Source of the DNA: the human T2T-CHM13v2.0 reference genome, Homo sapiens
Length of the DNA: 64,000 nucleotides
Direction: 5' to 3' (one strand)
Assembly: GCF_009914755.1 (NCBI RefSeq)
Contig: NC_060948.1
The notes beneath the pieces are model-generated. The model worked only from the letters and a program-made list of their open reading frames with translations. It did no database searches and was not told the DNA's origin. Below, one piece after another: positions 13,001 to 30,106 of the stretch (position 1 is its first letter; every line of letters begins with the position of its first letter). A program made the position numbers and the translations under genes.

Positions 13001-16000
13001 ATTGTATCCACACCCCTATCTGACTTTATTTCTGCTTACACTCTATTTCTCAGGATGAAATCCCAAGATGATGGAGGCTTTCCCCCTTATGACATGAAGC
13101 ACCTGCTTGGCTGACAACTGAATTCGAGGTTAATTCAAGGGGCCCTGTGGACAGGACTGACAGTGTCTCTCCTTGGGTTTGCCTCAAGATAATGAAAAAC
13201 TAGGAGTTGTCTGTTTTTGGTGTGGTTTGCTCCTCTTCTTTCTAGAAGAGTGGCTTTTTTCACAGGGGTGGTGATTTGGATGCCGGGGTATCTCAGCTGC
13301 CATTGAATTCACTGTGGATTCATGATCCACAGGAAAATGAAGAACATGGAGCCCCAAACCCCAAGCAGAGCCACATAGACTGGCCACAAAAAGGTTGGAA
13401 AACTAAAAAAAAAGAAGCACTGATGTGTGTTAGCCATATTCCTTTAAGCAGACTGCACTTAAAAGCACACACACACAGACACACACCAACAAGCACACAA
13501 TGCCACACACACATGCAGACATCCAACACTTGCAACAGTCCCACAGAAACACACAGCCTGGCAGCTCCTGATGCTCAGTGGTTCTGTAGGAAGCCCCACC
13601 TTGGAGTGAGCAACCTCGGAGAACAGAAGAAGGATGTACCTAAAAATCACCTAGGGGCACTTTTCAAAAATTCTCACCCCTACAGCATTTAGGCAGGCCT
13701 AATGAATCCTGCATATCATTTTGGATTATTAGGGATTTTGCAGTTTATTTCTGGGGCTCTGCTTGAGGTTTCTTCAGGCTGAATCATGTCTGCCCTTTCC
13801 TACATTCATGGGACTATTACATGTTGCTGGCAATGGTGACGTTCATTATGGTGCTAGCCAAAGCTCACTTTCAGGCCTGGTGCTCTGAGAGTGGTGCTTG
13901 CTTGTTCATGAGACAGGTTGGGCACCAGGCTGTCAGAGCTGTCAGCCTGCCTAAGCAGAGGAAAAGGTTACAGGCAGAGATGGCCTATTGTCAGGAAAAA
14001 GGCTGCATATGAAAACCCTCTGCAGGACTGTTAATGTCTTGACCCCAGGGCCTCTTCCAGCTGTATCAGTGGTTTGGTCCTGCTGGAGGAGGAGGCAATT
14101 TGAGATTGTGATGGGGTCTTTGGAAACTGCTCTCTGACTCAATTTTCAAAAGAGGCTGTGTGGAAGAATCAGATAGCTATGGGGACTGGAAGATAGTCTG
14201 CAGATGAAGGGAAACAGAGCCTAGATTACAAGGCAAAAGCCAGACATGGCTGCCTGGTTCTCCTCCTTCACGAACCCTGCAGCCCTCTGATAACGGTGGG
14301 AGAACAAAAGTTTCCCTGTTGCTGGTTGTAATAGTAGTTTATGATTTTAAAAGTATCACAGAAACTCAGTCATTAAATCGTGACAGTGTTTACAAGTAAA
14401 TACTCACACAATGCATTTTTATGATGGTCTTCTGTGAACAGGGAAGAGTTTAGTGTGGAAGATGTTGAGCCAGATCCAGGAAGCCCTACACCAATGAGGA
14501 CAATGGAAGTCAGTAAAAGAGGACACAAATGTGGAGGCCACAACCCACCCAGCATCAATCTATTCCACTTCCATTTGACTACAGGTATTAAAACCCTCAA
14601 ACCAGGAGTTTTCCAGATTGGCCACAATTTGCACTCCAAATTTTTCCTGCAGGTTGGAGTACTCCCACCTAAACACCAGGCCATGTTGTTGACTGATTTT
14701 GCAATTATGGGAATGTGGGGATGGAGTTGGAAGCACATTCTGTGTCATCTATTTTCACCCTTTTTGCTGGTGAAGGTACGGGACCCCATCCACCCTTCAC
14801 CAGGTTGTATACTCACCCCTATCTGACCTTATTGCTGTCACACTCTCTGTACCAGCATGAAATCTCAAGATGATGGAGGATTGCACCCTCAGGACATGAA
14901 GCACCTACTTGGCTGGGAACTGAATTCTAGGTAAATTAAAGGGGCTATGCAGACCAGAGTGCTAGTGTCTGTGGGTTGGCTGCTTTATAATGCAACACTG
15001 GGAGATGTCTGTTCTTGGGTGTGGTGCTCTCCTCTTCTTTGTAGAAGAGTACCTGTTTTTTTGGCAGGGGCAGACGATGGGGAACCCGGCTGGTCACAGA
15101 CAGCTTAACTAGTCATTGCTGATTCCTGATCCACAGAATTCATTTACATACACACACACAGACACATACACAAACACACAAAGCCACACACACATGCTGA
15201 CATCCAACACTCGCAACACTCCCACAGTAACACACAGCCCAGTAGCTTCTGAGGCTGTGTCATTCTGCAGAAAGCCCCACCTGGGAGAGAGAAACTGCTG
15301 GGAACACAGGAAGGCTGAAGTTGGAAATTACAGTGGGACACATTTCAATAAGACTAACCCCTACAATGTCTAGGCAGGCCTGACAAATTCTGCAGATCCT
15401 TTTGGATCTGTAGTGATTTTGTGCTTCATTCCTGGGGCTCTGCTTGACATTTCTTCAGGCTGGCTCACATCTACCCTCTCCTAGGATCATGGAACTGTCC
15501 CATGGATCCCACAGAGAAGACAGGTGACAGTGCACCACCATTGTACCTCCACAGAGGTCTCCTTCTCTACCAAGCCAAAGGGAATTGTTACTAGCAAAGC
15601 TGGCATTCATTGTGACACTAGCTACAGCTCACAGCTCAGGTCCATTGCCCTAAGACTAGCACATCCACATATAGTGACTCAAACTGGAGCACCAGGGTGT
15701 CAGGGCTGTCAGCCTGCCTAAGCAGAGGAAAATGGTACAGGCAGAGCTGGCTTGGTATCAGGATAAAGGCTGCCTGTGATAACGCATTGCAGTACCCTAA
15801 AAGTCTCAAACTTAGGGCCCTTATATGCCATCTCCATGGTCAGATCACATGGGAGGCAGAGCCGTTTCAAGACTGTGAGGTTGTCTCTGGAAACTACTCT
15901 TCTGACTCCATTCCTGAAAGGGGTTTTGTGAAAGAATCATGCCCCATGAGGATTGAAATATATTCTGGTGAGATGTTGAGCAGTCTTTGGATGATGGACT

Positions 16001-19000
16001 TATACCTGAAATACCAGAAAAGGGTGTCAGCAAAAGATGGCCTGGCACTTGACCTCTCTGCACTCATTCATCCTGGGTTGGGTAGGTGCTATCTGGGAAA
16101 AGCAGGAACCAAGACAAAGGCAAGTCCAAATTGAAACAGTGTTCTCATACCTCAAACTGGCCTCTCACAGGTGCAGATGTGGTTCAAACAGTGTCTCAGA
16201 GGCCATCTGTGGTGATGGCAAGCCTGAAAAGTGTATCCAGTAGTGTGGTTGAGTGGCAATGTGAATCCCCCATGAAAGCCAAGAAACATCAAGCATCATC
16301 TGAAAGAACGAGCTGACTTGTGCTAGAGTCCAAGCAATGTACCAATATTCCTGTCACAGAAATAAAAAGCCTCTTTCAAAATGCAAACAACCTCAGACCC
16401 CACAACAAGACAATGACCTAAAACCCGATGTGCAGCCAGTCTACTCTATAACCATTTTGCTTCCTGAAATCCCTGGCAGCCAAAATATCTGTGGCAAGAG
16501 GCATACCCATCCATTAACAGCCCAATGAAAGAACCCATTCACAATGAGAAGGAGGAGCAGATGAAATGAAGCAGAGGCTAGATTACCAGGCAAAATCTAG
16601 ACACAGCTACATGCTTCTCATAATACAAGAATCATGCAGCCCTCTGAGAGCAGAGGGAAAAGAAGAGTTTCATTGTTGGTGGCTGTAATGGGAATTTAGT
16701 TTTAAAAGCATCAAAGCTGCCCAGTTATTAAAACGTGACAGTGTTTAGAAGAAAACACTCACTCAGTGGATTCCCATGAGGGATGTTCTCCATGAACTCA
16801 GAAATGTTTAGTGTAACAGTTGTTCAGCCAAACCCAGGAAACCCCAGGCCAATGAGGAACATGCAAGTGAGGAAAAGAAGAGGCAAGTTTGGAGGCCACA
16901 TCCCACCCAACATCAATTCATTCCACTCCCATTTGGCTCCGGGTTTGAAAGCCTTCAAATCAGAAGTTTGACAGGATGGGCCGGATTTGCACTCCAAATG
17001 TTCCTTTCACATTGCAGTGCTCCAACTTGAACCCACATTATGGTGTGGACTACTTGTGTAATTAAGGGAATGTGGGGGTTGAGTTGGAAGCACCTTCTGT
17101 GTCATCTGTCTTCATGTTTTTTTTGCAGGTGAAGTTGTGGGGCTTCATCCAACCTTCACCAGATTGTATCCTCACTCCTACCTGACCCTATTCCTGCTCA
17201 CCCTGTATGTCCCAGGATAAATGCCCAGACGATGGAGGAGTGCCGTCTCATGACCAGAAGAACCTGCTTGGCAGTGAACTGAATTCTTGGTAAATTCAAG
17301 GGGCCATGAGGACAGGACTGACAGTGTCTCTTTCTTGGTTGGCCACAGGACAATGAAACACTGGCAGATGCCTGTTTTTTTTTTTCTTTTTTTTTTTTTT
17401 TGTTTTGTTTTGTTTTGGTGTGGTGTGCTCCTCTTCATTCTAGAAGAGTGGCTTTTTTTGCTGTGGTAGGTGACTTGGATGCTGGTAGGTCTCAGCCCGG
17501 CCCCCAATTCACTGTGGATTCATGAGCCACAGGAAAATAAAGAACATGGAGCCCTGCGGCCCAAGCAGAGCCACACAGACAGGCCACCAAATTTGTGAGA
17601 CTCAATTAAAAAAAGAAGCACCAAAGTGTGGTAGCCACATTCCTTAAGCAGACTCCACTTACAGGCACACACAAACACACACACACAAAAAACAAAGCCA
17701 CACACCCATGCCAACATCCAACTCTCACAACACTCTTTCAGAAACAGTTTGTCAGCTCCTGTGGCTGTGTGGTTTTGCAAGAAGCTAATGTGGCATAGAG
17801 CAACCCCAGGCAATACAGGTGGCCTGCTCCTAGAAATCACAGTACTGCAAGTTTCAAAAAGACTCACACCTACAAAGTCTAGGCAGGCCTAAGGAATCCT
17901 TCCGATTTTTTTGGATCCTTAGGGATTTTGAGGTTTATTCCTAGTGCTGTGGTCGATGTTTCTTCAGGCTGGCTCTCATTTGCCCTCTCCTAGGCTCATG
18001 GGACTATCCTGTGGTTTCCACAGAGAAGACAGGCAAGAGTTCACCAACCACGCAGCTCCACGTAGGCCTTTTTCTCTGCAAAGATGAAGGGACTTGTTGC
18101 TAGGCAACAATGACATTCATTGGGATGCTCACTAAAGCTCAATATCAGTCCTGGTGCCCTGAGACTTGTGCATGCACATTCGTGAGGCAGGCCCAGGTGC
18201 CTGGCCATCAGACCTGTCAGTCTGCCCAAGCAGAGGAAAATAATACAGGCAGAGCCAGACTGGTATTGGGAAAAATGCTGCCTGTGAAAACCCACTGCAG
18301 GATCCTAAAACTCTCAACCTAAGGCCGCCCCTTTCTGGCCACCTCTCTGGTCAGGTCCTACTGGAGGGAGAGGCATTTCCAGACTGTGAGGTGGTCACTG
18401 GAAACTGCTCTTCTGAATCCATTCCCAAAAGAGGCTGTGTGCCAGAAATGGGTCCCATGGTGATTGGAAAATTGTCTGGTGTGTCGTTGAGGGTTCTTTA
18501 AGTGATAGAATCATACCTGAGACCCCAGGTGTGAATGTCAAAGAAAGACAGCCTGGCTCTTGACCTCATTGCCTCCCTTTATTTTGGGCCTTGCAGGGGC
18601 CCTCTGGGAAAAGCAGGAACAACAACAAAGGCAAGTCCAAGGTAGAGCAGTGTTCTCATAGCTCATACTGGCCTCTCACAGGTGCTGATGAGATTCAGTG
18701 TCTCAGAGGACATCTGCAGTGATGGCGAGTCTAAAAAGGGTGTCCATTAGTGCTGTTGAGGGGCACTGTTGAATCCCAGTGAAAGCAAAAAAAAAATAAA
18801 AAATAAAAATATGAAGGCTTGCCTGAGAGAACAAGCTGCTTTGTGCAGGAGTTCAAGCTTTGTTGAATAATTCCTGTCAGAGGACCCAAAATCCTCCTGG
18901 AAAATGCAAACAACCTCAGCTCCCACTATGAGACAAGCATCACAACCTGGAGTGCAGCCAGCCTAACCAAAGTCCCTTTTGCTCTCTGAAATCCCTGGCA

Positions 19001-22000
19001 GCCAAACAGAGGCTAGATTACAAGACCAAGGCAGACACGGCTGTCAGCTTCTCACTTTTCAGGTATCATGCATCTCTCTGATAGTAGTGGGTGAACACGA
19101 GTTTCCTTATGGCAGCTGTAACAGGAATTTATCGTTTTAACAAATTCAAAGCCATGCAGTCATTAACACATGACAGCGTTTAGAAAGAAAAATTAATGCA
19201 ATGGATTTTCATAAGTCCCATTCTCCATGAATTCTGAAATGTTTAATGTGGAAGTCGTTGAGCCAGACCCAGGAAACCCTAGGCCTATAAGGAACATGGA
19301 AGTCAGGAAAAGAAGAGGCCATTGTGGAAGCCACATCCCAGACATCATCAATCTATTCTACTCACATTTGACTCTGGGTATAAAAGGCCTCAAATCCAGA
19401 GTTTGCCAAGATGGCCCCAATTTGCAGTCCAAATGTTTTTTGCACATTAGAGTACTCCCACCTGAACACTGGGCCAAGGTGCAGACAGATTGTGCAATTA
19501 AGAAAATGAGGGGATGGAGTTTGAAGAACTATCTTTGTTACCTGTCTTCATTATTTTTTTTTTTTGCAGATGAAGTTGCAGAACCCCATCCACTCCTCAC
19601 CAGATTTTATCCTCACCCCTATCTGAACTTTTCCCTGTTCACATTCTAGGTCCAAGGATGATATCCCAAGATGATAGAGGAGTTCCCCATCATGACATGA
19701 AGCACATGCTCAGCTGGGAGCCAAATTCTATGTAAATTCAAGGGGTCCTGCATACAGGACTGCTAGTGTTTCTTTCTGGGTTGGCCACAGAACACTGAAA
19801 CACTGGGAGATGTCTGTTTTTTGGTGTGGTGTGCTTCTCTTCTTTCTAGAAGTGTGTTGTTTTTTTGTGTGTGTGTGTTTTTTTGTTTGTTTGTTTTTGC
19901 AGGGGGAGGTGATTTGGACATTGGCGGGTCCCAGCCCACATCCTAATTTACTGCAGATTCATGATCCACAGAAAAAAAATAACACAAAGCCTCGCAGCCG
20001 AAGCAGAGCCACAGAGACAGGCCAACAAAAGGTTGGGAGATCCAAAAAAATGAAGCTCTGGAGTGTGTTTGCCACATTCCTTTAAGTAGACTCAACTTAC
20101 AGGCACACATAGACACACACAAACACACTCATACACAAATACACAATACCAAACACACACAGACATCCAACACTTGCAACACTCCTGAAGAAACACAGCA
20201 CTTGGTAGCTTCTGAGGCTGCATGGTTTTGCTGGAATCCCCATTTGGGTGAAAGCAACCCGGGGGAACATGTGGGCTGTAACTAGAAATCATAGTGAAAC
20301 AAGTTTCAAGAAAACTCACCCTTACATCATCTAGGCAGGCCTGAGGAATCTTGCGATCTTTTGGATCCTTAGGGGTTTTGCCGTTTATTCCTGGGGCTCT
20401 GTTTGATGTTTCTTTCAGCTGGCTCATGTCTGCCCTCTTGTAGGATCATGAGACTGTCCCAAGTATCCCACAGAGAAGACAGGCAAGAGTCCACAGCTGA
20501 CATGCCTACAGCGAGGTCTCCTTCTCCCTCAAGAGGCAGGAACTTGTCTCTAGGCAATGCTGACATTCATTGTGATGCTAGCCAGAGTTCACAATGAGAA
20601 CTGGTACCCTGAGACTAGTGCATATGCATTCCCGGGGCAGGTACAAGTGCATGGCTGTCAGAGCTGTCAGCCTGCCTAAGCAGAGAAAAAATGGTACAGG
20701 TAAAACCGGTCTGGTGTTGTGAAAATGTTGCCTGCTAGAAGCCATGGTCAGACTCTACAGTCTCGACCTCAGGGCCCCTTCAGGCCATCTGCATGGTTGA
20801 GACCGGCTGGAGGAGGAGGCATTTTGAGACTGTGAGGTGGTGGCTGGAAACTGCTCTTCCTACTCCATTCCCAAAGGATGCTTTTTGCAAGAATCGGGTC
20901 TCATGGGAATTGGAATTTGGTCTGGTGTGTTGCTGAGGGTTCTTTGGGTGAGAGAATTATACGTGAGACCCCAGAGATGGGTGCCAATGAAAGATGGCTG
21001 GGCTATTTACCTCACTGTCTCTCTTCAGCCTGGGCCTTGATGGGGCCCTCTGCAAAAGGCAAAAACCATGACAAAGAGAAGTCCAACATGGGTCAGTGTT
21101 CTCACTTCGGTCTGGTCTCTCACGGGTGCAGATGAGGTTGAGACAATGTATCAGATGCCCTCTGTGGTGATAGCAAGCCTGAAACTGACCAGCAGTGCAT
21201 TTGTAGGGTACTGTGGATTCTCTATGAAAGAAAAGAAACATCAAAGCTCACCTCAGAGAATGACCTGTTTTGTGCTGGAGTCCAAGCAATGTTCAATGTT
21301 TCCAGGCAGAGTACCCAAAAGCCTCCTGAAAAGTGCAAACAACCTCAGTACTCACAATGAGACCAAAAACCACAACCCGGAGGGAGTCAGCCTACCTGAA
21401 GTTCTTTTCATCCTTGAAATCCCTGGCAGCCAATAGATCTGTGGTGAGAGGCAGTCCCATCCAGCAACAGCCCAGTGAAAGACCTTGTATACAAAGAGAA
21501 AGGACTTGCATATGCAATGAAACAGAGGCTAGATTTCCAGGCAAAAGCCCAACATAGTTGCCTGCTTTTTATGCTACAGGAATCATGCATCCCTCCAGTA
21601 AAAGTGAGAGAATAAGAATTTCTTTGTTGGTGGCTGTAATGAAAATTTACAGTGTTAAAATCATCACATCTGCCCAGCCTTTAAAACGTGACAGTGTTTA
21701 GAAGAAAACACTCATGCATTGGATTCCCATGAAGGTCGTCCTCCATGAACTGTGAATTGCTTAGTGTGGAAAGTGTGAAGCCAGACCCAGGAAATCCTAG
21801 GCCATGAGGAACATGGAAGTCAGGAAAAGAAGAGACAAGTGTGCAGGGCACATCCCACCTACCATCAATACATCCCACTCTCATTTGGCTCAGGGTATGA
21901 GAGCTCTCAAATTGGGAGTTTGTTAGAATGCCCTCAACTTGCACTCCAAATGTTCCCTGAACATTGTATTACTCCCACCTGAACACCGGGCCATAATGTG

Positions 22001-22707
22001 AACTGCTTCTGCAATTAAAGGAATGTGGGGATGCAATAGGAAGCAGCTTCTGCGTCATCAGTCTTCACGTTTTTTTTGCGGGAGAAAGTGCGGGAGTCTA
22101 TTTACGCCTCACCAGATTGTATCCTCACCCATATTTTACCTTCTTTCTGCTCATACTCTCTGTCCTAGAATGAAATCACAAGTTGATGGAGGAGTGCCAC
22201 ATGACGACATGAAGCCTCTGCTTGTCTGGGAACCAAATTCAAAGTAAATTCAAAGGGCCCTTCAGATAGTTCTGCTAGTTTCTCTCCCTGGGTCTGCCGC
22301 AGGACAATGAAACACAGAGATATTTGCTTTGGAGTGTGATGCGCTGTCTCCTAATTCACTGAGAATTCATACTCCACGGAAAAATAACGGAGATGGAGCC
22401 CTGCAACCCAAGCAGAGCTACACCAACAGGCCACCAAAAGGTTTGGAGATTCAAAAAGAGGAAGTGTTGCCGTGCGTTATCCACATTCCATTAAGCAGAC
22501 TCCACTTACAGCCACACACAAACACATAAACACACACACACACACACACAAACACACAAAGCCACGCAGATATGCAGACATCCAACACTTTCAACATTTC
22601 CACAGAAACACACAGCACGGCAGCTTCTGAGTTTGCGTGCTTCTGCAGGAAGCCCTAACTGAAAGAGAGGAACTTTGGGGAACACAGGTGGGCTGTACCT
22701 AGAAATC

Positions 22708-22724
22708 ACAGTGGGGTAAGTTTC
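22708..22724. repeat. Left TSD of L1 #1 (ACAGTGGGGTAAGTTTC); partner at 25879-25897 (ACAGTGGGGTATAGGCTTC)
   Basis: The first 11 bp are identical and the remainder has diverged. The monomer sequence resumes after the right copy ('aaaaggctcacccctacaacatctagg'). Confidence 0.8.
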
Positions 22725-25920
<3,196 letters not shown>

Positions 25921-28900
25921 TAGGCATGCCTGAGTCATCCTGCAGATCCTTTTAGATCCTTATGGATTTCATGGTTTATTGCTGAAGCTCTGCTTGATGT
26001 TTCTTCAGGCTTGTTCACATCTGCCCTCTTCTAGGATCATGGGACTATCTCGAGGATCCACACCTCCACAGAAGTCTCCTTCTCAGCTGCCAAGATGCAG
26101 AGACTTAGGCAACTATGACATTCATGGTGATGCTAGCCAGAGCTCAAAGCTAAGGCCTTGTGCCCCTGACACTAGCGAATATGCATTTGCGAGGATGGCT
26201 CATGCACACAGCTCTCAGACCTGTTAGCCTAGGCAGAGGAAAATGGTACAAGTAGAGCCAGCTTTGTATTTAGAAAAAGGCTGCCTGAGATAACACACTG
26301 CGGTACTCTAAATGTCTTCAACTTAGGACCACGTCTTGTGATCTACATGGTCGGGTCCCACTGGAGTATGAAGCATTCCAGGACTGTGAAGTGGTGGCTG
26401 GAAACTGCTCTTCTGACTTCATTTCCAAAAGAAACTGTATGCAAGAATCTGGTCCCAAGGGGATTGGAATATAGTACGGTGAGTTTCCTTGTTGGCGGCA
26501 GTAATGGCAATTTACAATTTTAAAAATATCAAACCTGCCGAGTCATTAAAACATAACTGTGTTTAGAAGGAAACACTCATGCAATGGATTCCTAAGAGGG
26601 TTATTCTCCATGCAGGGGGAAACCTTTAGTGTGCAAGTGATTAAGCCAGACTCAGGAAACTGTAGGCTGACAAGGAACATGGAAGTCAGGAAAAGAAGAG
26701 AAAAGTGGCCACATCCCATTCAACATCAATCCTTTCCACTCCCATTTGGTTCTGGGTATGAAAACCCTCAAATTGGGAGTTTGCCAAAACAGCCCCAATT
26801 TGCAGTCCAACTTTTCCTGAAATATTGGAGGACTCCATCTGAACACTGGGTCATTTTATGGACTGCTTGTGCAATTAAAAGAATGTGGGAATGGTGTTGG
26901 AAACACCTTCTGTGTCATGTAATTTTTTTTGCAGGTGAAGTTGCAGAACCCCATTTACTCCTCATCAGATTGTATCTTCCCTCCTATCTGACTTTATTGC
27001 TGCTCACACTCTATGTCCCAGAAGGAAATCCCAAAATGATGGAGGAGTGTTTCCTCATGATGTGAAGTGCCTGCTGGGCTGGGAATTTCAAGGTATATTC
27101 AAGGGGACCTGCAGACAGGACTGCTAGTGTCTCTCTGTGTGTTGGCCACAGGAAAATAAAACACTGGGAGATGTCTCTTTTTTGGTGTGGTGTGCCCTCT
27201 TCTTTCTAGAAGAGTCAATTTTCTTGCAGGGTGAGCTGACTTGGATGCCTGCAGGTATCAGCCCACCTTCCAATTCACTGTGGATTAATAATCCATAGAA
27301 CACGGAGCTCTGGACCCCAAGCAGAGACACACAGAAAGGCCACCAAAAGGTTTTGAGTCCCCCACCAAAAAAGTGCTGAAATTCATTAGCCATACTTCTT
27401 TAAGCAGACTCCACTAACAGGCACACACACACACAGGCATGCATGCAAACACACACACACCAAGCCACAAACACAGAAAGACATCTAACACTTGCAGAAA
27501 ACACTCCCATGGAAACACAGCCTGGCAGCTTCTGATGCTGCCTGGTTCTGCAGGAAGCCCCCACTGGGAGAGAGCAAACCTAGGGAACATAGTTGGGCTG
27601 TAACTAGAAATCACAATGGGACAAGTTTCAAAAAGATTGACCCTACAATCTCTAGGCAAGCCTGTGGCATTGTGCAGATTTTTTTTTTTTTGTATGCATA
27701 GGGATTTCTTGGTTTATTTCCAGCGCTCTTCTTGACATTTCTTCAGGCTGGCTCACATCTGCCCTCTCAAAGCATCATGGGACTATTCCTTGGATCCCAC
27801 AGGGAAGACAGGGGAAAATCCACAGCCAAAGCATCTCCACGAAGGTCTCCGTTTCTGCCAAGCTGCAGGGAGTTGTCACTAGGTAAAGGTGGCATTCACT
27901 GTGACTCTAGCCAGAGACCACAGCTCAGGCCTGGTGCCCTGAGACAAGCACATGGGCATTCACGAAGCCAACTCTCAAAGCTGTCAGACTGCCTAAGCAG
28001 AGGAAAATGATACAGGCAGAGAATGTTTGGTATCGGGAAAAAGGCTGCCTATTATAAGCTACTGTGGGATCCTAAAAGTCTCCACCTGAGGGCTGCCTTC
28101 AGGCTGAGGCATTTCCAGACTCTGAGGTGGTTACTGAAAACTACTCTTCTGACTCCATTTTTGAAAGAGTCTGTGTGCAAGAATCGGGTCCCATGGGGAT
28201 TGGAATATAGTCTGGTGTGTTGTTGAGGGGTCTTTAGCTGACAAAATCAAACCTGAGACATCAGAGGTGGGTGTCAGTGAAAGATGACTGGGTTCTTAAC
28301 CTCACTTCCTCCCTTCACCCTGGGCCTCACTGCCGCTCTCTGGGAAAGCCAGGAACAACAACAAAGGAAAGTCCAAGGTGGAGCAGCATTCTCACACCTC
28401 GAAAGGCCAATCATGCATTCAGATGATGCTAAGAGAATGTCTCAAATGCCCTCTGTGGTGATTGCCAGCCTGAAAAAAGTACTCAGTACTGCTGTTAAGG
28501 GACACAGTGAACCACACATGAAAGGAATGAAAAATCAAGGCTCTCCTGAGAGAATGAGCCGATTTGTGCTGGAGTCCTAGCAATGTTTCAAGATTCCCAT
28601 CAGAGGACCCAAATCCTCCTGCAAAATTCAAACAACGTCAGCGTCCACATACAGACCATGACCCATAACCTGGAGCACAGAAGCCTATGCAAATTCCCTT
28701 TTGCTCCCTGAAATCTCTGGCTGCCAAAAGATCTGTGGCAAGAGGCAGTCCCATCCAGCAACAACCCAATGAAAGACACCCTCCACAATGAGAAAGTACG
28801 TGCAAATGAAATGAAACAGATCGTAGTTTACCAGTTAAAAGCCAGACACGATGGCCTGCTTGTCATCCTACAGGAATCATGCAGCCCTCCAATAGAAGTG

Positions 28901-30081
28901 GGAGAAAAAGACTTTCCTTGTTGGTGGCTGTAATGGGAATTTATGGTGTTAAAATATCACAGCTGCCCAGTCATTAAAATGTGACAGTGTTTAGAAGGAA
29001 ACACTAGGGATTCCCATGAGGGTTGTCCTCCATGAAGTGAAAACATTTAGCGTGAAAGACTTGGAGCCAGACCCAGGAAAACCTAGGCCCACGAGAAACA
29101 TGGAAGTCAGAAAAAGAAGAGGCAAGTGTGGAGGCCACATCCCACCCACCTTCAATCCATCTCACTCCCACTTGGCTGTGGAGATGAAAGCCCTCAAATC
29201 TGGAGTTTGCCAAGATATCCCCAGTTGCAGTCCAAATGTTCCCTGAACTTTGGAGTACTTCCAACTGAACACCATGCCATGAGGTTGAAAGCACCTTTTG
29301 TGTCATCTGTCTTCATTTCTCTTGCAGGTAAAGTTGTGTCACCCATGCACCCCTCACCAGATTGTATCATCACCCCTATTTGACCTTATTGCTCTCCACA
29401 CTCTATGTCCCAGGATGAAATCCCAAAATGATAAAAAAATGTGCCCACCCCCCACAACATATGAATCACCTGTTCGGCTGGGATGCGAATTCGAGGTTAA
29501 TTTAAGAGGCCCTGTGGACTGGAATGCTAGTGTCTCTCCTGGGTTGGCCAAAAGACAATAAAACACTGAAAGATATCTCTTTCTTGTGTAGTGTGCTCCT
29601 CTTCTTTCTGGAAGGGTGGTTTATGGCACACACAATGCCACATACAGACTCAGACATCCAACATTCGCAACACTCCCACAGAAACACCCAACCCAACAAC
29701 TACTCAGGATGCATTGTTGTGCAGGAAACACCATGTGGGAGAGAGCCCCACAGCCCAAGCAGAGTCACACAGACAAGCCAACAAAAGTTTGGGAGACACA
29801 AAAAAAGGAAGTGCTGAAGTGCATTACCAACATTCCTTTAAGCAGACTGCACTTACAATCACACACACACATACATGCAAACACAAAATGTCACACACAC
29901 ACACACACAGACATCCAACACCCACAACACTCCACCAGAAATGTTTGGAGGCAAAAAAAAAAAAAAGAAGAAGCACTGAGTACATTAGTCACATTATTTT
30001 AAGCACACTCCACTTACAGGCACACAAACACACACAATGCCACAGACACATGCAGACATCCAAGACTTGCAACACTCCTGC

Positions 30082-30106
30082 AAAATAAGTAAATAAATAA
30101 ATAAAT
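30082..30106. repeat. Short (TAAA)n simple repeat
   Basis: 'aaaataagtaaataaataaataaat' replaces the usual 'cagaaacacacagcc' monomer sequence. Confidence 0.7.

Larger units (their letters stand above)
1..22724 (+). repeat. Diverged tandem macrosatellite, ~2.4-2.5 kb monomer (SST1/MER22-related, Y-chromosome NORF/TTTY-type array), segment 1
   Basis: The landmark 'gtgtttagaaggaaacactca...ccatgaactgggaaa...gagccagacccaggaaac' recurs at ~525, 2996, 5485, 7800, 10191, 12586, 14390, 16745, 19180 and 21697. Spacing is mostly 2.3-2.5 kb (1.8 kb where a deletion occurred). Motif order is identical in every unit. Tandem structure is seen directly; the family name is from recall. Confidence 0.9.
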
